Of a stretch of 64,000 nucleotides of DNA, positions 1 through 10,697 are shown one piece after another. Made by a program: the position numbers and the translations under genes. The notes under the pieces were generated by a model, which saw nothing but the letters and a program-made list of their open reading frames with translations, did not search any database and was not told the origin of the DNA. Location of the stretch: the IMG/VR virus record IMGVR_UViG_3300043436_003324; one strand, written 5' to 3'. The DNA is from a virus. The first letter of the stretch is position 1. Each line of letters starts with the position of its first letter.

Positions 1-287
1 ATGTGTGACCTATTTCTGATGGTTTACCATATATTTTTAATAATTGACTTTCCCTAGCCGGTTTCTCAAAATTACATTTATCTATTGATACTGTTACCAT
101 TCTTGGGGTGTCACATAATTGCATTGCGTATCCTGCGGCAGATGCGTCAATCCAAGCTAATAATTTACCACCAAAAAGATTACCATGAAATCCTAAGTCA
201 GATTTTTTTATTGGGTGTGAGTTTAATAGTTCCATTAATTTACCTTTTTTAAAAAAATACGTATTATTAAAAATACAATCAACACTA

Positions 288-295
288 ATATTTAT
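288..295 (+). promoter_or_regulatory. recurrent (A/G)TATTTAT motif, putative phage late promoter
   Basis: sense-oriented TATTTAT shortly upstream of most structural genes (e.g. near 2683, 8534, 30042, 48020, 51873, 53346, 54404, 56203, 58256, 60595). Confidence 0.65.
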
Positions 296-299
296 TAAT

Positions 300-896
300 A
301 TGAAATATAATGATCTGTTACTTGAGAACAATAGACGTAGGGAAGTCATAAGAGTTATTGTAAAAGATATCATCTCAGTATTTAAACAAGAGGAAGATGG
401 GGAATTTTATTTACCCAACTACATAAATGATGATAAAGATTTTTATAATTTCACTAATTTTGAAAATAACCTGTCTGTTGAAGTGATTATAAACCCTAAC
501 TTTGATGTTGATGATTTTATCGTTGATGGAAATTACTGGGGTAGTGATGATATAATAGAAATTATAATAGATTATAATCCTGATGTAAAAAATAAAATAC
601 TATATGATTTAGTTGGTGAGTTAAACCAAGTGGTTGCTCATGAAATAAGACATATTGATCAAAGAAATAAAGAAACTTTTGATTTAGATGGTCCTGAAGA
701 AGAGGATCCTTACGAATATTACACACAACCACATGAAATTGACGCTCAAGTATTTGGGTTCAAGAGATTATCAAAAATTGCAAAAAAACCATATGAAATA
801 GTGGTTAAAAACTGGTTTGATAAACACAAAGATATTCATAGATTAAGTAATAAAGAAATGGAAGATGTTATAAATATATTAATAAAGAATAAATAA
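300..896 (+). CDS. HExxH zinc-metallopeptidase-like protein
   Basis: VAHEIRH motif followed by YYTQPHEIDA (third-ligand Glu); TATTTAT motif upstream. Confidence 0.55.
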   Translation: MKYNDLLLENNRRREVIRVIVKDIISVFKQEEDGEFYLPNYINDDKDFYNFTNFENNLSVEVIINPNFDVDDFIVDGNYWGSDDIIEIIIDYNPDVKNKILYDLVGELNQVVAHEIRHIDQRNKETFDLDGPEEEDPYEYYTQPHEIDAQVFGFKRLSKIAKKPYEIVVKNWFDKHKDIHRLSNKEMEDVINILIKNK

Positions 897-897
897 A

Positions 898-1308
898 ATG
901 GCAAGAATATTCCCACAAAAATACATACAAAAAATAGAAGACATTAAAAGATTAGTATTAATAAGATCTAAATTATTATCTGAATTTGGGAATGAGGGAG
1001 TTAAAATGGAATTAGATGATTATTCTTATGATCAAAAACTTGATATTTTTCATGAACTAATATTTACCATAGACCTAAAATATATTGATTGTGATGATTG
1101 TGATATTGAAATAGATTCTCTTGCTGACACCATTAAAAACTATAACGATAAAATTATAAATGGGTCAAGATTTGAAGTAACCTCAAAATTGGACATAGTA
1201 AATGGGAATACTACAAGAGGGGTTTTATTATCGGAAATAACTTATAAATTTTCAGAGATCCAAAAGTTATCTTTTGGTCTATTTATTGACCCCAATAATA
1301 ATTTTTAA
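898..1308 (+). CDS. hypothetical protein
   Basis: 136-aa ORF tightly packed after the previous gene. Confidence 0.5.
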   Translation: MARIFPQKYIQKIEDIKRLVLIRSKLLSEFGNEGVKMELDDYSYDQKLDIFHELIFTIDLKYIDCDDCDIEIDSLADTIKNYNDKIINGSRFEVTSKLDIVNGNTTRGVLLSEITYKFSEIQKLSFGLFIDPNNNF

Positions 1309-1309
1309 A

Positions 1310-1930
1310 TTAAGATTTAAATCTATTTATTATTTTTTTAATTAATTCTCTTACAACCACACCAGAAATTGTTATCCCACCAAATGAAAGTAATCTTTTT
1401 GTTAATTCATTAATTTCTGATTCACCCATATTTGTAAGAGACATTTCATATAATTGTGGTAATAAAGGTATTAGAAATGCATAAGCAATCATATTACTTA
1501 TTTTATGTGTTGTAATACCTAAACTATCAATAAATGATAAAAATACTTTTTCTAAATTTTGAGCTTTAGATAAAGTTTTATCAAATAAGTTAACTAACCC
1601 ACGATCTTTTATCGCCAATAAAACCCTATTTAACTTGTGTTTATTTGATGAAAAATAAGTTAATATAATACCACTTAATATTAAAAAAAGATCCGTATCA
1701 TTAATATTTACAGACTCGTTTTTAACAAAATCAGAAATAGGACCAATAAATCCACCAATTGTTGACCCCCAAGTTATTAAAAATTCAAGATCAAGGCCAA
1801 TTTGTTTTTCAGAGGTTTTAAGTACTTTAGATGTGAATGATTTTAAACCATTTAAAGTTTTTATAATACCGTTGCTTGACTCCTCTAGTAAAATATATTT
1901 ATATTGAGATTCTGTAATTATTATATTCAT
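1310..1930 (-). CDS. hypothetical membrane protein with IITESQ N-terminal motif
   Basis: hydrophobic segments; N-terminus MNIIITESQYKYILLEE; TATTTAT upstream on the minus strand. Confidence 0.55.
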   Translation of the reverse strand: MNIIITESQYKYILLEESSNGIIKTLNGLKSFTSKVLKTSEKQIGLDLEFLITWGSTIGGFIGPISDFVKNESVNINDTDLFLILSGIILTYFSSNKHKLNRVLLAIKDRGLVNLFDKTLSKAQNLEKVFLSFIDSLGITTHKISNMIAYAFLIPLLPQLYEMSLTNMGESEINELTKRLLSFGGITISGVVVRELIKKIINRFKS

Positions 1931-1965
1931 GGTTAATTAATAAATATATCGTAATATTTATTTAT

Positions 1966-2676
1966 ATGGGAAAGAAAAAATTGTTAAATGCTGACTTGGA
2001 AGTTGGCGACTCGGTTCAGTTAATAAGCATGACCGATCCTTATAAAATACCTCCATCAATGATGGGTAAGGTTAAATTTGTTAGTAACGTACAAGGAAGT
2101 AAAATTTATGGCGTTGAGTGGAAAACACCTAATGGAACTGTTATTGGTTCATTATCATTAATTGATGATATTAATCCTGAAACAGGTAAAAGGTTGGATA
2201 ATTGGTTTAGAATCGTTGACGAAGAGTATGACGAGTCTTCAAATGAAGATCGAATAGAGGAAAATTTTATAACGTTAACAAAAGGTCAGATTCTAAAAGA
2301 GTCAAAAAAAAAAATACCTGAAGAGTTTGTAAGGTTATCTGAGTTATATAATATTGCCGAAATATACAAATATTTAGAGGCTCTTAGAATCTCTAGTATC
2401 GTAAATATGAATGGGTCTTCACCATACCTATATATGGGTAGAGATAGAATTTATCACCAACACTACTTTGAAGAGTTTGATAGTGAGGAAAGACAAGAAA
2501 ATTATGATTATGTTCTTGAAAATTCAGATAAGATCAAGAACATGATTATTAGAGGTGCCTATTCCGTAACTGGTGCAGATAATATGAGAGGTTTGGAAAG
2601 AAAAGTTCAGCAAGATGCGACTGACCTATTTCAACTATATGCCAAAATGAAAGGTGGTAGTAAATTTATGCGTTAA
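1966..2676 (+). CDS. DUF4314-like N-terminal domain protein
   Basis: GDSVQLISMTDPYKIPP..GKV...VEW pattern; C-terminal YLEALRISSIVNMNGSSPYL pattern recurrent in phage proteins. Confidence 0.45.
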   Translation: MGKKKLLNADLEVGDSVQLISMTDPYKIPPSMMGKVKFVSNVQGSKIYGVEWKTPNGTVIGSLSLIDDINPETGKRLDNWFRIVDEEYDESSNEDRIEENFITLTKGQILKESKKKIPEEFVRLSELYNIAEIYKYLEALRISSIVNMNGSSPYLYMGRDRIYHQHYFEEFDSEERQENYDYVLENSDKIKNMIIRGAYSVTGADNMRGLERKVQQDATDLFQLYAKMKGGSKFMR

Positions 2677-2702
2677 TAAAGTATTTATAATAAAATTAAA
2701 TT

Positions 2703-3152
2703 ATGGGAAATTACTTTTTAAATATTAACAAACAAGAAAAACAAAACATTTTAGATAAACATAAGACAGTTTATGATGGTTTTGTTACCAAGTACGGTCA
2801 ATCAATAAATAATCAACCACTATATGTCCAAGATTTTGCAAATGACAAAAATGGAATTACAGTATCAAACAAAGGTGTTGTTAAAAACTACACTAACGTT
2901 AATATTAACGAAACTAATATACCTATTGACAATGTAGGGTTAAAACGTAATATTGGTTTAGATTTTAACGAGTATAAAGATGAGGATGATACTGATTGGG
3001 TTAACCAATTAATGTCTTCAGAAGATGAATTAGGTGAAGAAATTAATGAGTTTGATTTATATACTGAAATTGATGAGGACGAACAAGAGCCTTTAAAAGA
3101 TAATGTTCATGAATCTTTAAATATGTTTAAAAGGTTTAAAAAATATAATTAA
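2703..3152 (+). CDS. hypothetical (probable virion/head) protein
   Basis: acidic 149-aa ORF with a TATTTAT motif upstream. Confidence 0.5.
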   Translation: MGNYFLNINKQEKQNILDKHKTVYDGFVTKYGQSINNQPLYVQDFANDKNGITVSNKGVVKNYTNVNINETNIPIDNVGLKRNIGLDFNEYKDEDDTDWVNQLMSSEDELGEEINEFDLYTEIDEDEQEPLKDNVHESLNMFKRFKKYN

Positions 3153-3457
3153 TGGAAATAAAAGAAATCTCATCATATTATTTTGATCAAGACACAAAAA
3201 GACTTGATGTTTCATTTAGATTAACGATAGATTCTGAAGATGAGATAAGACATGATGTTCTAAAATTAGAAGAAGCAAAAGAATTTGGTTATGACATTAT
3301 AACCGAAGATTCTAATTTTTTTGATTTAGATGAAGATGAAGATTTTGATGAAGATTTTGATGATTTTGCTACGGTAGATGAAGAAATGTTATTGGCCTAT
3401 TTAAATGAGTATTACATTGTTTATCCCAATAAATTACCTAAATCTGATTTATTTTGA
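3152..3457 (+). CDS. acidic hypothetical protein
   Basis: translationally coupled ORF. Confidence 0.5.
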   Translation: MEIKEISSYYFDQDTKRLDVSFRLTIDSEDEIRHDVLKLEEAKEFGYDIITEDSNFFDLDEDEDFDEDFDDFATVDEEMLLAYLNEYYIVYPNKLPKSDLF

Positions 3458-3699
3458 CCGACTTAAATCAAATAATGAGATTAATGTCTGATTATACTTT
3501 TGATTCTTCTGAGAATGGAGAATTAGGAGAACAAGATGAAGCCGGAGGTGGAGGTGGAGGTGGATCCTCAGCACCATACCCTACTGTAACTAAATGGGAG
3601 ACAGGATTGGCAAGAAGTGTGGCCAACCAAATAGACAGTAAGTCTAAATGGAAAGACCTTTATAAAATAACAAGAGGAAAGGCGAATACATTATTATGA
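3454..3699 (+). CDS. hypothetical protein with poly-Gly linker
   Basis: overlapping ORF; start codon uncertain. Confidence 0.45.
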   Translation: MTDLNQIMRLMSDYTFDSSENGELGEQDEAGGGGGGGSSAPYPTVTKWETGLARSVANQIDSKSKWKDLYKITRGKANTLL

Positions 3700-5969
3700 A
3701 AAATATTGACAACATAATATTAAATTCTTTAAGACTAATAAATTACGATAGGTCTAAACATGTGACAGAGCAGATTGCTCCGCCTAGACCACCAATGGAA
3801 AAAATAACTATAGATCCTTCTATGTTTAAAAAATACGTACCAGGAAAAGAAAGTTCAGATACGGAAAAAAATTACCCATACTCAACATATAAAAGTGTGG
3901 TAACAAATAAAAATATTTATCTACCACTAAAGAAAGTAATTCCTGAAGTAGAAAAAGATATTAAACAAGATATCTTTAAAGATATCTTTAATAAAGATAG
4001 TAAACAAGTTAACTTTAAAGATATATTTGACGTATCTAAAAGAAGAGATTCTTTATCTGGAAAAGTAAAAGGAGTAAAACCAATCACAAAAAATACTAAC
4101 GTTGTTTTAAAAACTATATCATCTTCAGAACCTTTTAATCAGGAAATAGCCGAAAGGTATTTTGGGTCTCAATGTCTTAAATTATCGGGAAAACACCCTA
4201 AATATGATGTTGGTTATTATAAACAAATTGATTATTATGTTGATGGTAGTGGAAATCAATGTACTCCCATACCACATAAAGTAATATCACAACAAGCGGT
4301 TAAAAAGCCGGATAAGACAACAAGTACTATAGAGATTGATGTTTGGCAATTAGATTTACCAAAACCCGTTAAATTAAAAAACGGAAATACAATACAAAAA
4401 AGTAAATACAAATACCCAAAAGGATGTGCCCCAATAGAATATAATTTTTGTTTGAGATTTTCATGGGAAAACTTACATAAAATAGGTTCTAATGATCAAG
4501 GAGTTTTAGAATTTGAAAAGGGGTCGTCAAGTCTTTTAAAAGATCAAAAATCATCTCTTAACACATATGTTGGTTGTATAACGGATGAGTGGTATCCTTG
4601 GTTTAATACCTTTATTGGTTATATAGATAAAAAAACAATTAAAGAATCAACAGATTCATCTGGTGTTAAACAAATGACTAAATGTATAAGAAATGGATAC
4701 CAAACCACAGGAGTTGATGTGATAGAAAACCATTTATCCACATTTAATTTGGAATCGGATATTAAAACTTTATATACTGTACCTTTTAATAATGTTTTAC
4801 AATTTACTTTACCTGAGGCCATAAAAGAATCCACAGGTGATGATTATGAAATAAAAGGTAAACTAGTTGATTATACGGTTGACTTAAAACAATGGTTTGT
4901 TTTTGGAAAAAACGATTACAAAACATTTAAAACAGATATTAATACCAATTTTCAAGATTATATTAATAACTCTGGCAAGGATAAAGATGAATATGAGGAC
5001 TTTTTAAAAGACTTTTATGGTTCTGGATTTGTGGGTAATATTCTTTCTCGTAATAACCGCCCTGAATTCAGACTTGGGGTTGGTGTTGAGGGTTTAGAGG
5101 AAATGATTAATGACGAAAAAACTTTAAGTGCATTAACAACTAAATATGAGGACGTAAAAACTAAATTTTTAGACAATAATGATTTTTTAGGTTATTTAAT
5201 AAAATTATCTGACGATTATAATAAAGAAAAAATAAAATCTAGACCTAATAAAATTGTTATTTCTTATTTGGAAAATCAATGGAATTATACCTTAGATATA
5301 GTGAGAGGATCCGCATATAAGATATTCAAAACTACTGGTATGTCAATCCCTTCTGTTGTTACTTTGGAGGAATTTACTCTTTTATATTTATATAAAATGT
5401 TTGGGGTATTCGATAAAAATAATAAAAGCGTTTCTAATTTAATGACTAGTAAATTTTCCACGATTGTTAATGTTGAGACTGGTGATGAACTCTATAAACA
5501 ATTTATGGGAAAACCTACTTCAGTTGATGGAGGAATCTCAACATGGAAGACAAAAGGATCATCCCCTATTAAAACTGTTAGTGCCATAGACCCTAAAATT
5601 TGGGCCGAAATTTCAAAGTTTCCACTATTAATCCCAACAGATTATAATCAAGGTGGTATAAACACAAAAAATGTAAAACCCGTTACAATAGAAGACGCAA
5701 TAAGTAGAGGAAAATCTGACGGATCATCAAATGGATTTTTATATAAATCGCAAAGTTTTGATTATTCTGTTGGTGGTGAAGATAAAAAAATTGATATTAA
5801 TAAATATAGTTATAAAAATTTAACTTCTGGTTTGAGTAATCAAAAAATTGATGAAACAAAAGTCGATTTAACCGAAGATGATTTACAAACACAATTAGAC
5901 CAATTTAAGGCTTACGAAGAAAATATAAAAAATATAATAAGTAAAACAATTGTTTTAATAGGTAAATAA
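3696..5969 (+). CDS. large hypothetical protein (putative virion-internal)
   Basis: 757-aa ORF, first of four consecutive large genes. Confidence 0.55.
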   Translation: MKNIDNIILNSLRLINYDRSKHVTEQIAPPRPPMEKITIDPSMFKKYVPGKESSDTEKNYPYSTYKSVVTNKNIYLPLKKVIPEVEKDIKQDIFKDIFNKDSKQVNFKDIFDVSKRRDSLSGKVKGVKPITKNTNVVLKTISSSEPFNQEIAERYFGSQCLKLSGKHPKYDVGYYKQIDYYVDGSGNQCTPIPHKVISQQAVKKPDKTTSTIEIDVWQLDLPKPVKLKNGNTIQKSKYKYPKGCAPIEYNFCLRFSWENLHKIGSNDQGVLEFEKGSSSLLKDQKSSLNTYVGCITDEWYPWFNTFIGYIDKKTIKESTDSSGVKQMTKCIRNGYQTTGVDVIENHLSTFNLESDIKTLYTVPFNNVLQFTLPEAIKESTGDDYEIKGKLVDYTVDLKQWFVFGKNDYKTFKTDINTNFQDYINNSGKDKDEYEDFLKDFYGSGFVGNILSRNNRPEFRLGVGVEGLEEMINDEKTLSALTTKYEDVKTKFLDNNDFLGYLIKLSDDYNKEKIKSRPNKIVISYLENQWNYTLDIVRGSAYKIFKTTGMSIPSVVTLEEFTLLYLYKMFGVFDKNNKSVSNLMTSKFSTIVNVETGDELYKQFMGKPTSVDGGISTWKTKGSSPIKTVSAIDPKIWAEISKFPLLIPTDYNQGGINTKNVKPVTIEDAISRGKSDGSSNGFLYKSQSFDYSVGGEDKKIDINKYSYKNLTSGLSNQKIDETKVDLTEDDLQTQLDQFKAYEENIKNIISKTIVLIGK

Positions 5970-5970
5970 T

Positions 5971-8526
5971 ATGGGGAATAATTTAAAATTTGAATTAATA
6001 AAAGAGGACAAACAACAATTAAATGAAGTTGTACCTTTGGTGATTTGGGGAGCAGTCGCCGTTACAGGTATTTTATCCGCAGCTCTTGGGTATAATGCAC
6101 TTACAAAAAGTCACGAAGACCAAAAAATGGTGTCAACAGACAAAGGATATTTCAATGACGAAATGTGGATAGGAGAAAAATTTAAAATAACTTATTTTGA
6201 TGGTAGTGGTGAACCATATGAATTAATGGACATTGGACTGTTAGAAAAAAAAACAGGGTGGAAGTGCTATAGTGATGAAAATGGATATTACCTAAAAATA
6301 AAAAATAGTTCTATTGATAGTGGTACAGATTTAAGGGTTTATCTACCAAAAAAAGAGTGGTTTGATCAATTTAAAGGTTCCATAAGATCAATAACTGATT
6401 ATGAAGGGACAGGTGGTTCTAAAGAAAAAAATACGTATGGTTTATGTTTTTATTTGAAGTCTCCACAAAATGCAATAAAAACCAGATTTGAAAGACCTGA
6501 TGGAACAGTGTTTTTTGGTCCACCACAAAATATTTTAGATCCTGTAACAAAACAATATACTGACGATCCTAGTAGGGGTTGGTCAGTTTTAGACACATAC
6601 AAAATGAGTGGTTATTTTACCACCGAAGGAAACGTTTATGGTAATTTAGTTGAGTCTTCAGATAAAAATAATGTTATTAATGAAGTTGGTTTAGCTGATG
6701 AGTATGGTTATGACGATTATTATGGTAGTGAACAATATATTAAAAATGCTCAAGTAGATAGTGTGGAATCAAGAAAAGATAAATTAAATGGTGAGATAAT
6801 GTCAATTATGAACAATCCGCCAAGCGGTTTGCAAGAATATGAATGGGCGACATATGGTGAAAAATATGGGAGAAGTGAATTTGATAGATGGTATGATGGT
6901 TCTTCAGGAACATGGATTGTGATTGGACTACAAATTGCCGGGTCAATAGCGTTTGCCCCATTGGCTGAGGGGTGGGCAGCCTACGCTGCATCAAGTGCCG
7001 CTTATTCCGCAAGAAAATTCGCAGTTTATGTTGGTAGTGAATTAATATTAGGTGCTTGGGAAGCGTCTTATCTATATAACAGAGGTTTAACCTCACAAGC
7101 GGGTTTAGTACTTTTTTGTTGTTTTTTACCTTTACTAACTGAAAGTACCGCTTTTGGGAGATTAATAGGTAGGCCTCCAGGATTTGATCAGGCAATTAAC
7201 AATCTTGTTTATGATGTTGGTAGTAGGTCTTTAAGGGGATCTTTTATTACTCCGGCAGAATTTAAAAAATGGTTTAAAGGATTGGAACCTGGTTTAAGAC
7301 AAGAAATACAAAATATGATGGAGATAAGTGCCGACTACTATAGTAAAGTTGGTACAAAAAGTCTTCAAAATAAAATCGTAAAGGCAATGTCCGATTCTTT
7401 AATTGCTATTAAAGAAAGTGGTATTAAAGGTGCAGATGACATTACGGCACTAAAAAAGTGGAATAATTTAAGTAGAGTTGAAAAATTGGTAACCCAACTT
7501 AAAATAAGAGATTTTTATGGAGGTAAAAACGGTCTTAAAAATCTTGAAGCAAAATATGGAGTACCTTTAGGATCTGCAATAACCCAAGGTAAATATCAGT
7601 TTTTAAAAACTATAGGTATAACTATATTTGCGGTTGGGGGGGTTTTAATGCCAATATGTGTATTCGCCATTGGGGATAACGAAGAAATGGTTAAGGACCC
7701 ACAAGGAATTTTAAATGGAAGTGAAAACACTATAAAATCTTTTATGGAAATTGATATTTTTAATGCGGAAAAATTATCTAAAAAAATTAAAGACCTCGCG
7801 TTTAAAGCTGACGTACTAATAGAAAAAGGAGATAAGGAAGGAGCTTTTATTCTTACGAAAGAATATATAAAAATTTTAGTAGACCTAAACTATATTGACA
7901 AAACACCACAATGGGGGGACCAAAAAAGAGAATACCATAAATATATTGAATCTTTTAAATTTAATGTTTTAACAAAATTAAAAGATGACTACAATAAGGC
8001 ACAAAGTGATGCCAATGTTAAAAAAATGGTAGAAACCGCAGAAAAAATAAATAAAATAACCGCTCTTGGTAGTGGGTTTGACTCAATTGACGGAACGCCA
8101 AAAAATTATAGTTTAGTACAAAATGGTTTTACAGATGAATACGGTAAAATTACGCAAATTACTAATGAAGAATTAATTAAATTTATTGAGTGGTTTAGTG
8201 GATATAACGTAATTAATAAAACTATCACAAACTCTAACCCGTATCAAAAAGAAAACAATATAAATATTGGTTGTTATTATAATGGTATAATAGCACCAAA
8301 TAAAACAAAAGAATACAGTATAACAGATAATAACGAAAGGTTAACTAACAGGATGATGAAGTTATTTTACCCAATACCTGAGATTCCCGGATATCAGGGG
8401 ATGAATTTATATGATATGAATAATTCTAAGTACTGGGGTAATGTATATTTTATACGTTATATTTTTACACAATATTTTGACGATTATATTTTACATAAAA
8501 ACAAAATCACTACAGATAAACAATGA
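5971..8526 (+). CDS. large hypothetical protein with hydrophobic helices (putative virion-internal/ejection)
   Basis: 851 aa; several Ala/Gly-rich hydrophobic segments. Confidence 0.55.
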   Translation: MGNNLKFELIKEDKQQLNEVVPLVIWGAVAVTGILSAALGYNALTKSHEDQKMVSTDKGYFNDEMWIGEKFKITYFDGSGEPYELMDIGLLEKKTGWKCYSDENGYYLKIKNSSIDSGTDLRVYLPKKEWFDQFKGSIRSITDYEGTGGSKEKNTYGLCFYLKSPQNAIKTRFERPDGTVFFGPPQNILDPVTKQYTDDPSRGWSVLDTYKMSGYFTTEGNVYGNLVESSDKNNVINEVGLADEYGYDDYYGSEQYIKNAQVDSVESRKDKLNGEIMSIMNNPPSGLQEYEWATYGEKYGRSEFDRWYDGSSGTWIVIGLQIAGSIAFAPLAEGWAAYAASSAAYSARKFAVYVGSELILGAWEASYLYNRGLTSQAGLVLFCCFLPLLTESTAFGRLIGRPPGFDQAINNLVYDVGSRSLRGSFITPAEFKKWFKGLEPGLRQEIQNMMEISADYYSKVGTKSLQNKIVKAMSDSLIAIKESGIKGADDITALKKWNNLSRVEKLVTQLKIRDFYGGKNGLKNLEAKYGVPLGSAITQGKYQFLKTIGITIFAVGGVLMPICVFAIGDNEEMVKDPQGILNGSENTIKSFMEIDIFNAEKLSKKIKDLAFKADVLIEKGDKEGAFILTKEYIKILVDLNYIDKTPQWGDQKREYHKYIESFKFNVLTKLKDDYNKAQSDANVKKMVETAEKINKITALGSGFDSIDGTPKNYSLVQNGFTDEYGKITQITNEELIKFIEWFSGYNVINKTITNSNPYQKENNINIGCYYNGIIAPNKTKEYSITDNNERLTNRMMKLFYPIPEIPGYQGMNLYDMNNSKYWGNVYFIRYIFTQYFDDYILHKNKITTDKQ

Positions 8527-8560
8527 TATTAATATATTTATAATATAAAATAATAATAAT

Positions 8561-10696
8561 ATGGGAAATAACGCTTTAGAAGTATTAAGAATAAAAAAGT
8601 TAATGGGATTAAAACCAACATTAAAAGAAGGTTTTTACGGTTTAAACAAATTATTACTTAACGAAGAAACCGGTTATGGTGAGGCAATGCAAATAATCAA
8701 GTCTTTGGTTAAGAAAACCACACAAAATCTTACAGATCTTGAAAAAAAGTATCTTAAACAGATGATTGAGGAATTTAATCAAAAATATGGAGATGAGTAT
8801 GGTGATTTACTAGATGAGGGAAAAATGACAGATCTTATTAGAACAAATTTAACAAAAATGTTAAATGAAGTTTCAGATGATGAAACCATTAATTTTTTTA
8901 GTGGTGTTATACAAAGAATAACGAGAGATGACCTTGCAACTACAGGTTTAAAATCTATTACTACTATGGATGATGCCTTTAAACAACTCATGGATGGAAG
9001 TATGTCTAATTTTAGTAGAACTAATCCAGATGGTTCTGTTGTTGATGCAAGTTTTTTAGATTCATTAAGATATATCTATAGACAAGGTAGTTTAAGAAAT
9101 GCGGATTTACCTGAAGAATTAATTAACGAACTTGAGGGTAAAGTTTTAGGTGCTATTGATGAAATACCTGCAGATGAGCCTATGGCTAAATACTTGTTGG
9201 ATCTTAAAGATCAAATAGATGAAATAAGAAGTGGGGAAGGTAAGTTACCAACCACAGAAGAAATTACAGATATAACAAATAATGTAAGTTCAATTAAAAC
9301 TAATTTGGAAAACCCTGTAACTCCTCGTGTAATTTCAGATCCAGATGTTGAGATTGAAATTGGTAATGGGTCTAGTATAATAGATGATGCGGAACAAACG
9401 CTTGGGGGTCAAACTGCCGAGGAAATGGATAAAAACATGAGAAAGGCCTTTGTAGAAGGTATGAGAAAAAGTTGTAAATCTAGATTTTGTAGTACCATGA
9501 CGGCCTATTATTACGGAGCACCTGAGAAGTTCAACTCAATGTGGGAGGAGTTATTAATACAAATTAATGATAGGCTTAAGGTAAAAATCTCAGGAGATGT
9601 AGATCCTCTTTTAGATAAGGAACTTTTAGCACTATCAGAAAGACTTAAAATGTTACAATCAGGAAAAAAGGTATTTACAAGAGATGATTATATTAAAATT
9701 GGTGAGGCTGTTTGGAAAAAATGGAGTTCTGGAAGTTTCTTGGAGAAATTTAGTTTAGGAGGATTATTTGGTACTAAAGAACAAGGGTTTTATACTATAG
9801 CAAGAACATTTTTAGGTCAAGATATTTATAGTGGTAAATTTTTAACTCGTAATGAGTTAATAAAAAGATGGGCATTAATTAATGGTCTTGTATTAACTTA
9901 TCATGTTGGGACAACACTTTATGAAGTTAGTTTTGGAAGTGATGATCCTAATAAAAGTGATGAGGAGATTATAAAGGATGGTATAGCCGATATAGTAGAA
10001 GATGGTCTGTCTCTTCTTGGTGGCCCTCCTGTATGGAGATTGGCGATTGAAGCAATAGGTAAAACAGTGGAACTTTTTATGCCAAGCTCAACTTACGTTA
10101 ATGAAGAGGATTTGGTTGAGTGGATAAAAGAAGATTCTAAAACAAAACATGCACCTGGATATACAGATCTTGAGGTTTATGATAATGTAATTAATAATAC
10201 GGGAGTAACAATAACCTATGATTCAGAATCTAAAACACCATCAACCGTAATTAAAGGTATAACAGATCCTGATTTTATTTCCTATAATGGAACATACACT
10301 CAAGATAAAACAGGTCAATACACATACAAGTTAAATTTTAGACCTGAAGGTTCTAAAAAGGCAACAAAACAACTTAAAAGTAAGGGTGTTGATAAAGCAA
10401 TAATTGATCAACTTGAGTCAACAATTGCAACTAATTCGGCAATATCTTCTTATATTAAAGATAGGTTAACAGGAGTTATAAAATCCCATAAAAAATGGAT
10501 TGACTATGAAAAACAATTTACTCAAACCACAGATAAAGGAACTGAAGAATTATTAGTATTTTCATGGAAAGATAATGTAACTGGTGCGGAGTCTAAATTT
10601 ATCTTTAACTATACAACATGGAAAAATGATGGTGCTTTGGATTTAAAGGATGCCGTAAATTGGAATAAATATGTGGGCGAATATAAAGGAAACTAA
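8561..10696 (+). CDS. large hypothetical protein (putative virion-internal)
   Basis: 711 aa; N-terminus EVLRIKKLMGL..LKE; hydrophobic segment mid-protein. Confidence 0.55.
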   Translation: MGNNALEVLRIKKLMGLKPTLKEGFYGLNKLLLNEETGYGEAMQIIKSLVKKTTQNLTDLEKKYLKQMIEEFNQKYGDEYGDLLDEGKMTDLIRTNLTKMLNEVSDDETINFFSGVIQRITRDDLATTGLKSITTMDDAFKQLMDGSMSNFSRTNPDGSVVDASFLDSLRYIYRQGSLRNADLPEELINELEGKVLGAIDEIPADEPMAKYLLDLKDQIDEIRSGEGKLPTTEEITDITNNVSSIKTNLENPVTPRVISDPDVEIEIGNGSSIIDDAEQTLGGQTAEEMDKNMRKAFVEGMRKSCKSRFCSTMTAYYYGAPEKFNSMWEELLIQINDRLKVKISGDVDPLLDKELLALSERLKMLQSGKKVFTRDDYIKIGEAVWKKWSSGSFLEKFSLGGLFGTKEQGFYTIARTFLGQDIYSGKFLTRNELIKRWALINGLVLTYHVGTTLYEVSFGSDDPNKSDEEIIKDGIADIVEDGLSLLGGPPVWRLAIEAIGKTVELFMPSSTYVNEEDLVEWIKEDSKTKHAPGYTDLEVYDNVINNTGVTITYDSESKTPSTVIKGITDPDFISYNGTYTQDKTGQYTYKLNFRPEGSKKATKQLKSKGVDKAIIDQLESTIATNSAISSYIKDRLTGVIKSHKKWIDYEKQFTQTTDKGTEELLVFSWKDNVTGAESKFIFNYTTWKNDGALDLKDAVNWNKYVGEYKGN

Positions 10697-10697
10697 A